Below, piece after piece: positions 12,480 through 26,608 of a stretch of DNA of 64,000 nucleotides. The DNA is from Eledone cirrhosa (Eukaryota): contig OZ024740.1 in assembly GCA_964016885.1 (NCBI GenBank), positions 33,542,001 to 33,606,000 of the forward strand. The letters run 5' to 3'. Each line of letters begins with the position of its first letter. Positions within the stretch are counted from its first letter, which is position 1. Below the pieces are notes generated by a model. The model ran no database searches. It was not told where the DNA came from and was given only the letters and a program-made list of their open reading frames with translations. The position numbers and the translations under genes were made by a program.

Positions 12480-13180
12480 AAAGAGCTAATATCAAAATAG
12501 GAAAATTCCTGTTGTGTAAATAAAACTTGGAATCAAAAGGGCTCAGAGAAAACCTAGCAAAGACCAAACTTTTAGTAAGTAGGAAAGAGGACAAGACTCT
12601 GATTTCATCAGGCAAGTGGCCATGCTCAATAGGTTGAAAAGGAGTTGGTAGGAACTCAATACAATGTACTCAATGTAAGATATAGGTACACAAGAGGTGT
12701 AGTGGGATTGTACATAGATTAACAGAAAATATAGACTTTCTATGTGACAGATGCACAGGAATAATGTGTTGTAAGATCAGCAGTGAAATAAACCTCCAGG
12801 GAGGTACCGTAAAAGTAGTTGATAGCTTCATTGATGCTCCATTGGATGTATAATGTTAGTTTATATGAACAACAGGGCATGGATGAACTGAGAGAAAAGG
12901 TGAGTATAAGAGGAATCAGATGTAATGTACACTGATATGGACGTGATGCATATGGAGGAGGAATGCTGGCTGAAGAAGTGTCAGGTGATTACCAGTGGAA
13001 GGAGTTTGCAGTAGAGGAAGATCAAAATAAATGTGGTCAGAGTAGGGTTATAGCTAATCTTAAAGCATTGGACCTCACAGAGGAGATAACAAATGAACGT
13101 TGCATGTGGTTAGAGGATGTATTGGAGAGGACCCATCCAATCCATGCAAGCATAGAAAAATGTATTTAAAATGATGATGA
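12480..13180 (+). mobile_element. Degenerate RTE LINE fragment including a zinc-finger remnant
   Basis: tcaggcaagtggccatgctca and ggtacacaagaggtgtagtgggat match the SGKWPCS/WVHKRCSG finger of the younger copies; ends in atgatgatgat. Confidence 0.7.
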
Positions 13181-13599
13181 TATATATAACTGAAACTTAG
13201 ATCTCTTTCTTAATATATATTGTAAAAAGTAAGTGCCCAACAGCTGAGCTCTTTCTTGCTTTTTCAACAGGTAGTTAACTGAATAATGGTTTTACTAGTC
13301 TAGTAATTCCAAAACTATATATATATACACACACACACTCACATATATATAACTTTATTCTTTTCCAGTTTTCTCCAGAGTTGTGTCCTCTAACTAGTTA
13401 TTTTTATAATGGATTAGTCTAGATGAAGTGAGGAGTGTTGATAGATTGGTCTAAATGAAGAGGGGGTGCTCAGGGTCATGATAGATTAGTCTAGATAAAG
13501 TAGGGAGTGTTCAGGGTGTTGATAGATTAGTCTAGATGAAGGGGTGGGGGTTCTCAGGGTCTTGACTGACTTGATGTGACTGATGCAATTGATATTCTT

Positions 13600-13900
13600 G
13601 AACAACTGCAAGAAAATCATGAGAAAGGAGGGAAAGGGGTAAATGTTGAAGTGTGTTGGTGAATGACACCATGTCAATGAGCTAGGCAACCTAGGATGTT
13701 CAGCCCTATAACAGTAACTCTGTCCTATATAGATGTTGAAGCAATACTCCATTGTGGGTCTCCCTTGAGTTTGTAAAGAGTTAACAACTGTTGGGAGATT
13801 AAGTATTTTTAAGTCCTGAAGAAGAAGGCCACCCTTTGCAATGTTGTGTATGTGTGATTGCCAAGAAGGATGACGACCAGTGATTGTGGGCTCCAACATT
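13600..13900 (-). mobile_element. Old CR1/L2-like LINE 3' fragment
   Basis: RPTMEYC motif in the ORF translation; highly decayed. Confidence 0.35.
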
Positions 13901-14482
13901 TGAGTGTTTTATCTACTGATATTATTAGACTTATTTCCTTGTAGGAGATAGATATTACACCATTTTATATCCATATCATGGATATTAGTTCTCACTTCAA
14001 AGGAAGATCTTCATTATTACAAAGGAAATGTTCCAATTTTAATATGAAAGATTTTCTGATTGTTCATGGATCTAACCTGAGTAACAACCCTTGCTTATCT
14101 TTTTATATTTTCAGATATTTTTATATTTCTATAACGTATATGATTTGAATTGAATTCATCATTGTGTTATTTTAATTAATTTACCATATTATAAGATTTT
14201 AAAGAACTGAAAAATCTATTATTTCATAATCATAATAGTACATGTTGCTGAAATACTTTGTATAAAATTTCAATAATCTCATTTTGATTAAATTATCTTA
14301 TATATTTTAGAATAAAAAATTTTACCTTATGTATTTTTTATTTTACAGTTACGTGCTAATATGGTGCGAGTAAAAATATTTCACTCCTGACATATTTCGA
14401 AGATGGAGAAGACAGCAACATATCAATGAATTATTGCAAATTTTTAAGTTGGCAATAAAACCTTCAAAATTCCCAAAACAAC

Positions 14483-16066
14483 ATGACTTTTACCTGGAAA
14501 TGGCAAGATCTGTGTGGCAAGGGAAAGAATTTTACTGAGTGGCGAGCAGGAGATTTTGGATATTGCTTTGAGCAGCTGGCTATCATCTGTCCAACTCATC
14601 TTATTCTTGCAATCTGCAGTGTTTATTTTGCAGCTGCAGCTCAAGATAATAATCGCAATCTTGGAGAAATTCTGTCACCACCATGGTTTCTAATCTTACG
14701 GGTTTTGGTCACTGTATTATTAATGATAATTCCAATCACTGGAGTTACTCTTTCTACTTTATTAAATTACCAGAAACTAAGTATTATGGATGGAGTTACA
14801 GAGTGTATCATTGCTTTTACTTGGTTAACCAATTTGGTTTTCTTATGGTATCTTCGAGAAGTATATTGGCTGAGTTTACGTGGACCAGTCATAATGAATT
14901 TGGCTGTCTTACTCACTCTTGCATCTCGTATTATTCAGACTCGCAGTGTGGCATTGCATCATCTGACTCATCCAAATTTAAATAATCCAATTGAGGAATA
15001 CACAGTGTATATATCATTAGTATTTCATTGCCTTTATCTTGTTTCAATTTTGCCCTCAAGGCGACGTGAAGATATACCCGGCCAGTCTTTCCTCATTAAT
15101 TATGATCCGTTAGAGACTGAACCTCTAATTTCAGATCATGTTAATAATTATGGTGGTGTACAAGTTGATCGTAGTCAAGTAGAAATTGCAGAAGATGGTT
15201 CCAGTTGTTTTTCTCGTTTATCTTTCCATTGGGTACAACCTATGATGAGGCGTGGAACCAGAGGTAAGATTGTTTCTGTAGGAGATTTACATCATCTACC
15301 TCGGCGTCTTCGAACACACACAGTTGAACAGAATTTCAGTAATAGCTTAACTCAATACATATTAAGCAAAGGAAGAACAAGAGGCCAAACAGATCCTTTC
15401 TGGGATAACAATGAAGAAGCAATCAATAGTTTTTCTGCATCCCCTTCCATTGCTATTCAAGATCCATCTTCCCAAAATTGCGGAAAACATTCTCTCTTTA
15501 AAACTTTATTCAAAGAATATGGTAATGAATATCTTCTTATAGGCGTCTTAAAAATCTTTACAGACATTTTAAGTTTTTCTGGTCCAATTCTTCTTAACTA
15601 TCTCATTTCTTTTATGGAAAACAGCAAAACCAAAGAATCTGATGGAATCCTTTATGCTTGCACATTTTTTTTATGTTCTTTGGTAGGCTCTTTCTGTTCA
15701 TCACAATTCACATATCGTGTACAAGTACTTCAGTTCAAAATTCGAGCTGCTATTATAACTACATTATATAGAAAAGTTTTGTCTGTCAACAATGTTCTGA
15801 TGTCTAAATTTTCAGCTGGCCAAATTGTTAATTTTATGAGTACTGACACTGATCGGATAGTAAATTTTTGTTCAAGTTTTCACCAGCTATGGAGCTTACC
15901 ATTTCAAGTTGCAATAGCTCTCATCCTTCTCTATCAGCAGATTGGACTCTCTTTTCTAGCTGGCTTAACTTTCACACTTATTATCATACCAATCAATCGA
16001 TGGTTGGCATTGAAGATCTGTGATATTAGCAAACTTAATATGACGCAGAAAGATGCTCGTGTTAAA
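14483..16066 (+). CDS. ABCC10: ABCC10/MRP7-like ABC transporter, first coding exon (TMD0, L0 linker, start of TMD1)
   Basis: The 528-codon ORF portion has FGYCFEQL, AEDGSSCFSRLSFHWVQPMMRRG and GQIVNFMSTDTDRIVNFCSSFHQLWSLPFQ, typical of MRP7. Donor GTAAGT at 16067 (phase 0). A likely acceptor ttttacag ends at 14348, giving a short 5' UTR in this exon. Confidence 0.93.
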
Positions 16067-16349
16067 GTAAGTAACTTTGCTACACATTTATTTTTATGAA
16101 TTTATTATTTATGTGATGAGTAAGTAATACCCATGTAATGAAGCTATTAGCAAGTCTCCCTACACACAGATAAGACAATCTTTGTAATAATTAGTTTTAA
16201 AATAATATTGTATATATCTATCTTAGAGCGAGTTAAAATCTTCTAAAGATATTTATTTTGTTATTAGATAAATATATCATTTGTAGCTATATGTCAACTG
16301 TGAAAATGTATAAATAAGATATAGTTACACACAACTTAGTAGCTATATG

Positions 16350-17175
16350 TCTTCTTCTTTGTCCACTTGTTCCTGAGAGGGTCGTTGGTGTAGAGTCCTC
16401 AAACACTCCTTCCAGCGGGTCCTGTTAGAAGCACCCATCTCCAACTGATCTGGTTGGATCTCCTATCTTGCTTGGACTCTACCCCTGGGTCTCCTGCCAA
16501 TTTGTTTTGCCCATAAAATCTGCCCAGCAACTCTCTGATCTCTGAGCTACACACTCTACTGAGTAACGTTACTCTAAGGACTCTTTAAAGGAACCCCATT
16601 TCAGCTGCTTGTATTTACGATTGTATTCTTTCAATCATTACCTAAGATTCATGACCAGAGTTAAGGGTTGCTATGAATACTGAATTAAAGATAACAAGTT
16701 TGGCTTTTACACCTACCTCCCTTCTAATTACTCAATGCTGAAGCTGGTGCATTACTGCACCAGCTCCTGCAATTCTTGCAGTTAATATAACTTCCTGCCT
16801 GCCATCACTCATGAATATAGCCTCAGGATACTTGAACTTCTCTATCTGCTTCAGTGGAACTCCATTCACATGTAGAGTTCACTGGGCAGGCTTTGTTGAG
16901 AGGATGAGTGTTACAGTTTTTGCAGCACTAATTTTCATTCCAGCCATGCAGCACCCTGCATCAAACGTATCAAGTGCAAGTCGGAGATAATCTTCTGTCG
17001 AGTTAAGTAATACCATGTTGTCTGAAAATTCCAGCTGACTGATTTGACACCTGCCAGTCATGATACCACTTCCAACCTGGCTGCACATGTCAATCCTGTT
17101 CATGAAAATAATGAACAGGAGAGGTGACAGTACGTACCCTTGGCAGAGTCCAACTCCCACATTGAATAGTTTTAA
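16350..17175 (-). mobile_element. RTE-clade LINE fragment (third family, no zinc finger)
   Basis: FNVGVGLCQGYVLSPLLFIIFM...MKISAAKT RT motifs, followed by KFKYPE/FMSDG-like remnants and a (GAA)n tail. Confidence 0.75.
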
Positions 17176-18104
17176 TTTAGCATAATTTAGGTGTGAGGTG
17201 TTGCTGATTGTCGCACTTGGTGTTGAATTTCCCCCATCCTTTTTTTCTTCTTTCTTTCCTTTATCATTTTTGTTCATGATTTTATATTTTTGGGTCATTA
17301 TACACGGCTTGGACATAAAGGTAACTGTAGCAGATGTAATAAATTGTCAATGAAGTTATTCATACTTTTGACTGATATAACTACACTCCTGTACTGGATT
17401 AATAAAGGAGGTTAACATGAAAAAAAAAAACAAGAACTTGATAGCTATATGTCAAGTGTAAAAATGTATAAATAAACTTCATTATGATCTAGTCACACAC
17501 AACTATATAACTCCTGGGGAAAAAACGTCTTCATAAGAAAACCTTTCAACTTCATTGTTTTTATATTACATATTTCCATTTAATATTGTTTAATTATTTT
17601 ATATATTTTCATTTAATATTGTTTTATTATTTTAGATATTTCTTAAATGTTTAATTTTGATGGCAAATTTTGAGAAGGTTGATATTTTAAAAACAGTTAT
17701 AGTAACCCTTTCACAAAAAGAAGCTTATTTTGATTTCTCACAGAAAATTTATGCTTGTTTAACATATGAGGACTTTTATTTACATGGTAACTTTAATCCC
17801 CCCTACCCCCAATTTTAATTTTAAGAAAGACAAATCTCTATATAAGCCAGTCTAGAGTGCAGGTTCTTATTTATACATGACCCCCCTCCCCCTTCCCTAT
17901 AATTCTAATGGGACCAAGTGAATGAGAGACTGGACTGGATACTGATCCATAACAGACAGGAATTGAACCTAGCACTCCAAGACAATAAATTCCTTGCCAG
18001 TTTTACACAGAAGACACCACTTACAACATTCTTGCTGTAGCTGTATAGAGATAAGTGCACTTATCTGTTGAGAGTTACTTGTGTAGGGCTTGGACACAAA
18101 ACAA

Positions 18105-18405
18105 TGTCAACTGGTGACAGTATATGGACGTTGACTTATCAACAGGTGACAGTATATGGACGTTGACTTATCAACAGGTGACAGTATATGGACATTGACT
18201 CCTCAACAGGTGACAACATATGGACTGGTGTCTTCACAACAGGTGACAACATATGGACTGGTGTCTTCACAACAGGTGACAACATATGGATTGGTGTCTT
18301 CACAACAGGTGACAACATATGGACTGCTGTCTTCACAACAGGTGACAACATATGAACTGCTGTCTTCACAACAGGTGACAGTCTATGGACTGGTGTCTTA
18401 TCAAC
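18105..18405. repeat. 33-bp minisatellite, about 9 copies
   Basis: caacaggtgacaacatatggactggtgtcttca repeated. Confidence 0.9.
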
Positions 18406-18684
18406 TTATTTTTCCATGGTCCTGAAGGTTTCCAGTTGTAAAATAATTAGTTAATTTTACATCTGTTTTGCGTGAATTTGATAGTAGTCAATAATTTATA
18501 TTTTAATATTTAGTCTAAGGGTGTATGATGGATATATTTCAATAGGAAAATGGTAAAAACTATTCAGGATAGCTAAAGATGTTCTTGTAACATTAGAAGA
18601 GACAAATGGGAAGATTTGTTTATTAGGTAGATGGGTGGTTTTTTAATATTTGTAATGGGATGTAATATTTTGGGGGAATAGAAT

Positions 18685-18910
18685 AGCTGGGTCATGTCAC
18701 ATATCTGAGGAGTACTTTATGACAGCAGGGTCCTGTCACATATCTGAGGAATACTTTATAGGACACCTTATGTCATGTATCTGCGGAGTACTTTGAGCTG
18801 TATTATGTCATGTATCCTTGGAGTACTTTATGGGACAACTTGGTCATGTCACATATCTGAGGAGTTCTGTATGGGGCAGCTGGATTATGTCACATATTTA
18901 AGGAGTACTT
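18685..18910. repeat. Degenerate ~39-bp tandem repeat
   Basis: atgtcacatatctgaggagtacttta recurs 5-6 times. Confidence 0.7.
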
Positions 18911-19844
18911 AATAGAAACTGTTTTTTCTGCTTTCTTTCTTACAGAATTATTTTGGAAGCTTTCTAAGAGAAGCCAGTAAACATGTTTAGACTATTTACC
19001 TATCTAATGGAAATAACCCCCCCCCCCCCCCCCCCCCCATTTTTCACAAGATTACCTCTGAAACAATTTATGGGGGTGTGTAATACATTTTCCTATGTAG
19101 AACCTATTTCATTTCTCTAATTCATAATCTTATCTCCACTGGGCATAGAAAAGAAAAATAGAAATCACTCCAGTGTATACTCTCTTGGATCGTTACAAAA
19201 AAAATGGAATCTTCAGTAGAAACCCCTATCAATTCATTGGTTTATAAATGTTATAAATGTATCTCCTTTAAAAGGTTTGTTGATTAGTCACTCATTAGAA
19301 ATAATCTAGAGAAGACTATACCTATATATAATCCTTAAAAAAATACTAAAAAGCAGGGGAATTTATGAATGCTGCCAATTCTATCAATTATGTCTTTATA
19401 ACAATATTTTTGACACTTTTATCATTTTCAGTTTATATTTATTTAGTTAAATGTTTTCTACAGGTATTTATTAAGTAATTAATAATCTATTAATCTGTTT
19501 AACCTGCACAGTTATTTCTGTATACATGAATATATGTATATTTATATACGAAGGTCTGTATACATGAATATATGTATATTTATTGACAAAGGTCAACTGA
19601 AAAAGTTCATAGACTGACAAGTTCATAGGCTGACCAAGATACTCTCATGGAATGGCCAAATTAGCTTTATTTTTTAACATAGTCTCTGGAAAGTAACAAT
19701 GCAGTTACTAATAAGAAGAGTTAAAATTTCATAGCTCTAGCATCACTCCTTTATAGTCAGTTTATGAACTATTCAGCTGACCCTTGTATATTCATACGTG
19801 CATATGTATATCTATATTTATATATTTGCAAATCTTTTATTAAG

Positions 19845-20072
19845 GTTATTAATGAACTTTTGTATGGCATAAGGATGGTCAAATTTTATGCTTGGGAAAA
19901 ATATTTCTTTGATAAAATTAATTCTCTGCGAGAAGATGAATTAAGCAGCTTGAAAGCAAGAAAATATTTGGATGCATGTTGTGCATTTTTCTGGGCTACA
20001 ACCCCGGTTATGATTTCAGTACTGACATTTGTTACATATATCTTGATGGGAAAGGAACTCACAGCTGCAAAG
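19845..20072 (+). CDS. ABCC10: ABCC10 coding exon 2 (TMD1)
   Basis: attaag|GTTATT ... GCAAAG|gtaaga; VINELLYGIRMVKFYAWE...CAFFWATTPVMISVLTF; 228 bp, phase 0/0. Confidence 0.92.
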
Positions 20073-20845
20073 GTAAGATTAATTCACTTTCTGATCTATA
20101 AAAATATTTTATTATTTTTGTTGTAAAATTTAGCTGCCTTCATAATCATCATCTTCATTATAGATATTTTAATGTTCACTTTTCTATGTTGCTAAGGGTT
20201 GGAAGGATCAGCTATACAGCATATTGCCAGTTATCTTTTCTTATCTGTCTTGAACTTTGACTTCTTCCTAAATCTTCCTTGGTCTTTCTTTCCCACAGTT
20301 TGCCATCACTGGCAATAAACAGGACAGTTTTACCCACAACACACCCTTTATTTACATCACATATCCATACTAGCGTAGTCATCTCTTTGTTGCATACATC
20401 TGCTAATGCCTTAATATCTGACTACCCTCTCACTTTTACCCTGATTTATTTGAAAACTAATATTACACATCCAACATATACTTGATCCACTTCTCTTCAT
20501 ATTCCGTATATTTCTCTGCTCTGTATCATTATCATTTTTTACATATCCTTCATATAGTTGTTATTTTAAACATAAACTTGTTAAACTTCTTCTATTCTTC
20601 TTACATTAATTATTATATTTTCTCTATAACTAATTAGAGTATCTAAGTTACAGAAAATGTTGACTAGTAAGCCAATTAAACAGCTTAACTGTATATCTCT
20701 TCAATCTGAAGTCTTAGTTTTTAATTATCTTGCTAGAGATTATTTAATTACAATAGTAGATCTATAGAAATTGATTAATTACCATAGTAGATCTGTAGAA
20801 ATTGTTTACCATAGTGCTCTAAATAAACATGTTATATATTTTCAG

Positions 20846-21011
20846 GTGTTCACATCTCTCTCTCTATTTGTAATGTTAATTGCACCTTTGAATGCTTTTC
20901 CTTGGGTTGTAAATGGAGTTATGGAAGCCTGGGTGTCAATTCAACGTGTCCAGCAATTTGTTGATGTGCAGAATATTGACTATGAACAGTACTATTCATT
21001 ATATAAATCAA
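20846..21011 (+). CDS. ABCC10: ABCC10 coding exon 3 (end of TMD1)
   Basis: tttcag|GTGTTC ... TCAA|gtaagg; VFTSLSLFVMLIAPLNAFPWVVNGVMEAWVSIQRV; phase 1 matches the next exon. Confidence 0.9.
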
Positions 21012-21152
21012 GTAAGGTTTTGATTTTTTTAATGCATTACATAGCTAAAGATATATTCAGGATATTAGTTATACACACATGCACACATTCCATGTCATAA
21101 ATAAGTTTCATAACAAAAGTAAAGAATCCTTAAAGAAATAAAAATAGAATAA

Positions 21153-21336
21153 TCATTATTATAACTGTACAAATGTCCATCTTTCTCTGCTATCACAGTT
21201 GGACCAGTTGGTGTCTTGAACTACATATTTTACAACTACAATCACATTATTATAACTGTACAAATGTCCATCTTTCCCTGCTATAACAGTTGGACTGGTT
21301 GGTGTCTTGAACTACATATTTTACAACTACAATCAC
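21153..21336. repeat. ~92-bp tandem duplication
   Basis: cattattataactgtacaaatgtccatc...ttacaactacaatcac occurs twice. Confidence 0.85.
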
Positions 21337-21847
21337 AAAAATAGTCAAGCTAACTTTATCATGAACTAACTATACTAAAACTCTTACAACCTAATTTCAA
21401 CACTAATGATTCTCTTTAGTGCTTCCTTTTGTTGATGTAGCATTTAACAATGCTACTGTGATACTGCTTCATCACTTTTAGAGTTGACTAATAGTTTACT
21501 AAAGTCATCAATACTTGTAAAGCTAGAGCTAATTGTTTACTGAAACTGGTTAAGTGATACTATACCTATGGCCAGTGTAATAAAATTATGATGCAATGCT
21601 TGTTTTGAAGAGTGCAACATTTAAACAATGAAACATTCAATGTGTTATACAATTTTTTTCTGAATTATTAAATAATACAATTACATCATGGAAAACCCAT
21701 TTAGGATTCAGTTTTACTACTGTGGATTTGTCAGTGGGTGACCAGGTTGTCTAACTACAAAAACTTTTTTGACTCATCATAGTAGACAGTAGTATTAAGA
21801 AATAAATGAAAAATGAATGCAGAAGTTTTTGTGTGTTTCTAAATAGA

Positions 21848-24800
21848 TAAAATGACTTTTCCATGATGTAATTGTTTTAGTTTCAATATGTCACAGTCTC
21901 AGATCAACTCACTTGCCAGACATTTACAACTGTGATTAAAATGACTCTTCCATGACGTAATTGTTTTAGTTTCAACACAGTCTCAGATCAAGTCTCTTGC
22001 CAGACATGTACAACTGTAGCTAAAATGACTCTTCCATGACGTAATTGTTTTAGTTTCAACACAGTCTCAGATCAAGTCTCTTGCCAGACATGTACAACTG
22101 TGATTAAAATGACTCTTCCATGACGTAATTGTTTTAGTTTCAACACAGTCTCAGATCAAGTCTCTTGCCAGACATTTACAACTGTGATTAAAATGACTCT
22201 TCCATGACGTAATTGTTTTAGTTTCAACACAGTCTCAGATCAAGTCTCTTGCCAGACATGTACAACTGTAGCTAAAATGACTCTTCCATGACGTAATTGT
22301 TTTAGTTTCAACACAGTCTCAGATCAAGTCTCTTGCCAGACATGTACAACTGTAGCTAAAATGACTCTTCCATGACGTAATTGTTTTAGTTTCAACACAG
22401 TCTCAGATCAAGTCTCTTGCCAGACATGTACAACTGTAGCTAAAATGACTCTTCCATGACGTAATTGTTTTAGTTTCAACACAGTCTCAGATCAAGTCTC
22501 TTGCCAGACATGTACAACTGTAGCTAAAATGACTCTTCCATGACGTAATTGTTTTAGTTTCAACACAGTCTCAGATCAAGTCTCTTGCCAGACATGTACA
22601 ACTGTAGCTAAAATGACTCTTCCATGACGTAATTGTTTTAGTTTCAACACAGTCTCAGATCAAGTCTCTTGCCAGACATGTACAACTGTAGCTAAAATGA
22701 CTCTTCCATGACGTAATTGTTTTAGTTTCAACACAGTCTCAGATCAAGTCTCTTGCCAGACATGTACAACTGTAGCTAAAATGACTCTTCCACACAGTAA
22801 CTATTTTAGTTTCAACACAGTCTCAGATCAAGTCTCTTGCCAGACATGTACAACTGTAGCTAAAATGACTCTTCCACACAGTAACTATTTTAGTTTCAAC
22901 ACAGTCTCAGATCAAGTCTCTTGCCAGACATGTACAACTGTAGCTAAAATGACTCTTCCACACAGTAACTATTTTAGTTTCAACACAGTCTCAGATCAAG
23001 TCTCTTGCCAGACATGTACAACTGTAGCTAAAATGACTCTTCCACACAGTAACTATTTTAGTTTCAACACAGTCTCAGATCAAGTCTCTTGCCAGACATG
23101 TACAACTGTAGCTAAAATGACTCTTCCACACAGTAACTATTTTAGTTTCAACACAGTCTCAGATCAAGTCTCTTGCCAGACATGTACAACTGTAGCTAAA
23201 ATGACTCTTCCACACAGTAACTATTTTAGTTTCAACACAGTCTCAGATCAAGTCTCTTGCCAGACATGTACAACTGTAGCTAAAATGACTCTTCCACACA
23301 GTAACTATTTTAGTTTCAACACAGTCTCAGATCAAGTCTCTTGCCAGACATGTACAACTGTAACTAAAATGACTCTTCCACACAGTAACTATTTTAGTTT
23401 CAACACAGTCTCAGATCAAGTCTCTTGCCAGACATGTACAACTGTAGCTAAAATGACTCTTCCACACAGTAACTATTTTAGTTTCAACACAGTCTCAGAT
23501 CAAGTCTCTTGCCAGACATGTACAACTGTAGCTAAAATGACTCTTCCACACAGTAACTATTTTAGTTTCAACACAGTCTCAGATCAAGTCTCTTGCCAGA
23601 CATGTACAACTGTAGCTAAAATGACTCTTCTATGGTGTAATTGTTTTAGTTTCAACACAGTCTCAGATCAAGTCTCTTGCCAGACATGTACAACTGTAGC
23701 TAAAATGACTCTTCCATGACGTAATTGTTTTAGTTTCAACACAGTCTCAGATCAAGTCTCTTGCCAGACATGTACAACTGTAGCTAAAATGACTCTTCCA
23801 TGACGTAATTGTTTTAGTTTCAACACAGTCTCAGATCAAGTCTCTTGCCAGACATGTACAACTGTAGCTAAAATGACTCTTCCATGACGTAATTGTTTTA
23901 GTTTCAACACAGTCTCAGATCAAGTCTCTTGCCAGACATGTACAACTGTGATTAAAATGACTCTTCCATGACGTAATTGTTTTAGTTTCAACACAGTCTC
24001 AGATCAAGTCTCTTGCCAGACATTTACAACTGTGATTAAAATGACTCTTCCATGACGTAATTGTTTTAGTTTCAACACAGTCTCAGATCAAGTCTCTTGC
24101 CAGACATGTACAACTCTAGCTAAAATGACTCTTCCATGACGTAATTGTTTTAGTTTCAACACAGTCTCAGATCAAGTCTCTTGCCAGACATGTACAACTG
24201 TAGCTAAAATGACTCTTCCATGACGTAATTGTTTTAGTTTCAACACAGTCTCAGATCAAGTCTCTTGCCAGACATGTACAACTGTAGCTAAAATGACTCT
24301 TCCATGACGTAATTGTTTTAGTTTCAACACAGTCTCAGATCAAGTCTCTTGCCAGACATGTACAACTCTAGCTAAAATGACTCTTCCATGACGTAATTGT
24401 TTTAGTTTCAACACAGTCTCAGATCAAGTCTCTTGCCAGACATGTACAACTGTAGCTAAAATGACTCTTCCATGACGTAATTGTTTTAGTTTCAACACAG
24501 TCTCAGATCAAGTCTCTTGCCAGACATGTACAACTGTAGCTAAAATGACTCTTCCATGACGTAATTGTTTTAGTTTCAACACAGTCTCAGATCAAGTCTC
24601 TTGCCAGACATGTACAACTGTAGCTAAAATGACTCTTCCATGACGTAATTGTTTTAGTTTCAACACAGTCTCAGATCAAGTCTCTTGCCAGACATGTACA
24701 ACTGTAGCTAAAATGACTCTTCCATGACGTAATTGTTTTAGTTTCAACACAGTCTCAGATCAAGTCTCTTGCCAGACATGTACAACTGTAGCTAAAATGA

Positions 24801-25290
24801 CTCTTCCATGACGTAATTGTTTTAGTTTCAACACAGTCTCAGATCAAGTCTCTTGCCAGACATGTACAACTGTAGCTAAAATGACTCTTCCATGACGTAA
24901 TTGTTTTAGTTTCAACACAGTCTCAGATCAAGTCTCTTGCCAGACATGTACAACTGTAGCTAAAATGACTCTTCCATGACGTAATTGTTTTAGTTTCAAC
25001 ACAGTCTCAGATCAAGTCTCTTGCCAGACATGTACAACTGTAGCTAAAATGACTCTTCCATGACGTAATTGTTTTAGTTTCAACACAGTCTCAGATCAAG
25101 TCTCTTGCCAGACATGTACAACTGTAGCTAAAATGACTCTTCCATGACGTAATTGTTTTAGTTTCAACACAGTCTCAGATCAAGTCTCTTGCCAGACATG
25201 TACAACTGTAGCTAAAATGACTCTTCCATGACGTAATTGTTTTAGTTTCAACACAGTCTCAGGTCAACTCACTTGCCAGACAAATGCAAC
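21848..25290. repeat. 84-bp satellite, about 41 highly homogeneous copies
   Basis: Unit aaaatgactcttccatgacgtaattgttttagtttcaacacagtctcagatcaagtctcttgccagacatgtacaactgtagct, with a variant block at 22781-23620. Confidence 0.98.
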
Positions 25291-25392
25291 TCCAAAATAG
25301 TAAATAATAGTTTCCTTTATATCAGTTTTTACTTTTTTCCTATATATGTTATGATTGATAGGCATATATAATTATATTTCATTATTATTTAA

Positions 25393-25525
25393 GGACGGTG
25401 GATTGGAGTTCAAATTCCGCCGAGGTTAACTTTGCCTTTCATCCTTACGGGGTCGATAAAATAAAGTACCAGTAATGCACTGGAATAATTGCTGGCCTTG
25501 TGCCAAAAGTAGAAATAATTATTAT
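25393..25525 (+). mobile_element. SINE, internally deleted
   Basis: gagttcaaattccgccgaggttaactttgcctttcatccttacggggtcgataaaataaagtacc...agaaataattattatt. Confidence 0.8.
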
Positions 25526-25584
25526 TTAATAATTGTTGAAACTTCTTGCACTAAATATAAAAACACTTCATTTCTCCTTTCAAG

Positions 25585-25748
25585 ATGAGCCTACATCTGA
25601 TGATTGTTTTAGTATCCATGATGGTTATTTTGCTTGGAAATGCCCTGAAACAGAAGCTGTGCTTGACTCAACTAAGAGCTCAACAGAGACCCTAGAACAG
25701 CAACCCCCAGAATCGAATCTCACTAATATTAATTTAAACATAAAAAAG
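25585..25748 (+). CDS. ABCC10: ABCC10 coding exon 4 (start of NBD1)
   Basis: ttcaag|ATGAGC ... AAAAAG|gtgaaa; FSIHDGYFAW...LTNINLNIKK; phase 1/0. Confidence 0.85.
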
Positions 25749-25889
25749 GTGAAACAACTATTGTTTATTCTTTTTGTCATCATTAGAATTTGATCTGTAT
25801 AATTATTTGGTTAAAATAAATCAATTTTTAAATTTGAAGGAATGATTGAATAATTAATGCAAAAAAATATTTAAGTTAGATTTTTACTA

Positions 25890-26370
25890 CTATCATCATC
25901 ATCCTCATCATCATCACTGCCACCACTGCTATCGTTTAATGTCTATTTTCCATGTTTGAATGGGTTAGATAGGTTGTCATATTCTGAGGTCAGGTGACCA
26001 TGTCTTACACTCCATCTTTGGCTTCATTTTTTATGGCTGGATGTCCTTCCTAATGCAAACCACGTTACAGTTTGTACAAGGAGCATGGTTTCTGTGGATG
26101 GATGCTCTTCTTAACACCAACCATGTTACAGTGTGTGCTGCGAACATTGTTTCTACAGCTGGATGCCTTTCCTAATGTCAACCATTTTACAGTATGCACA
26201 GGGAGCATTTTATCGTGACTCTGACACTACCACCTTACAAGGTGGATTGGGTGCATTTTATCATGACACTACCATTACCACTTATAGAATGAATTATGTC
26301 CATTTTATCATGACTCCATCACGACCACTTTACAGAGTGTACTGGGTGGATTTTATCATGGCATTACACT
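25890..26370 (-). mobile_element. RTE/SINE-type 3' UTR with internal repeats and (CAT)n tail
   Basis: cgtttaatgtc...ggatgcccttcctaa motifs repeated, shared with the RTE 3' ends. Confidence 0.6.
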
Positions 26371-26608
26371 ACCGCTTAGGTGCAGACACTATTCTTTCTT
26401 CTCATCTGATTACCATGGGATTATCTTACCTGCCTGGGGGAGCTTATCTCACCTATTTGAGAGGGCCTATAATGGATACAGATGCTACCCTTTCTACTCA
26501 TCTCATTACTATGGGCTCAACAATTATTGATGAAATTCCTAACATATTTTATGACTGGATTTTTGTTAAGATGATAAAATAATACAAACTTTTTCTTTGT
26601 ATCGCTAG

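Noticed and set aside
22781-23719. 312-aa Cys-containing repeat ORF
   Set aside because: It is the translation of the 84-bp satellite variant lacking a TGA. It is intronic, with no non-repeat coding part or splice support.
21848-25290. CRISPR-like regular array
   Set aside because: The units are fully repeated with no unique spacers, there are no cas genes, and the context is a eukaryotic intron.
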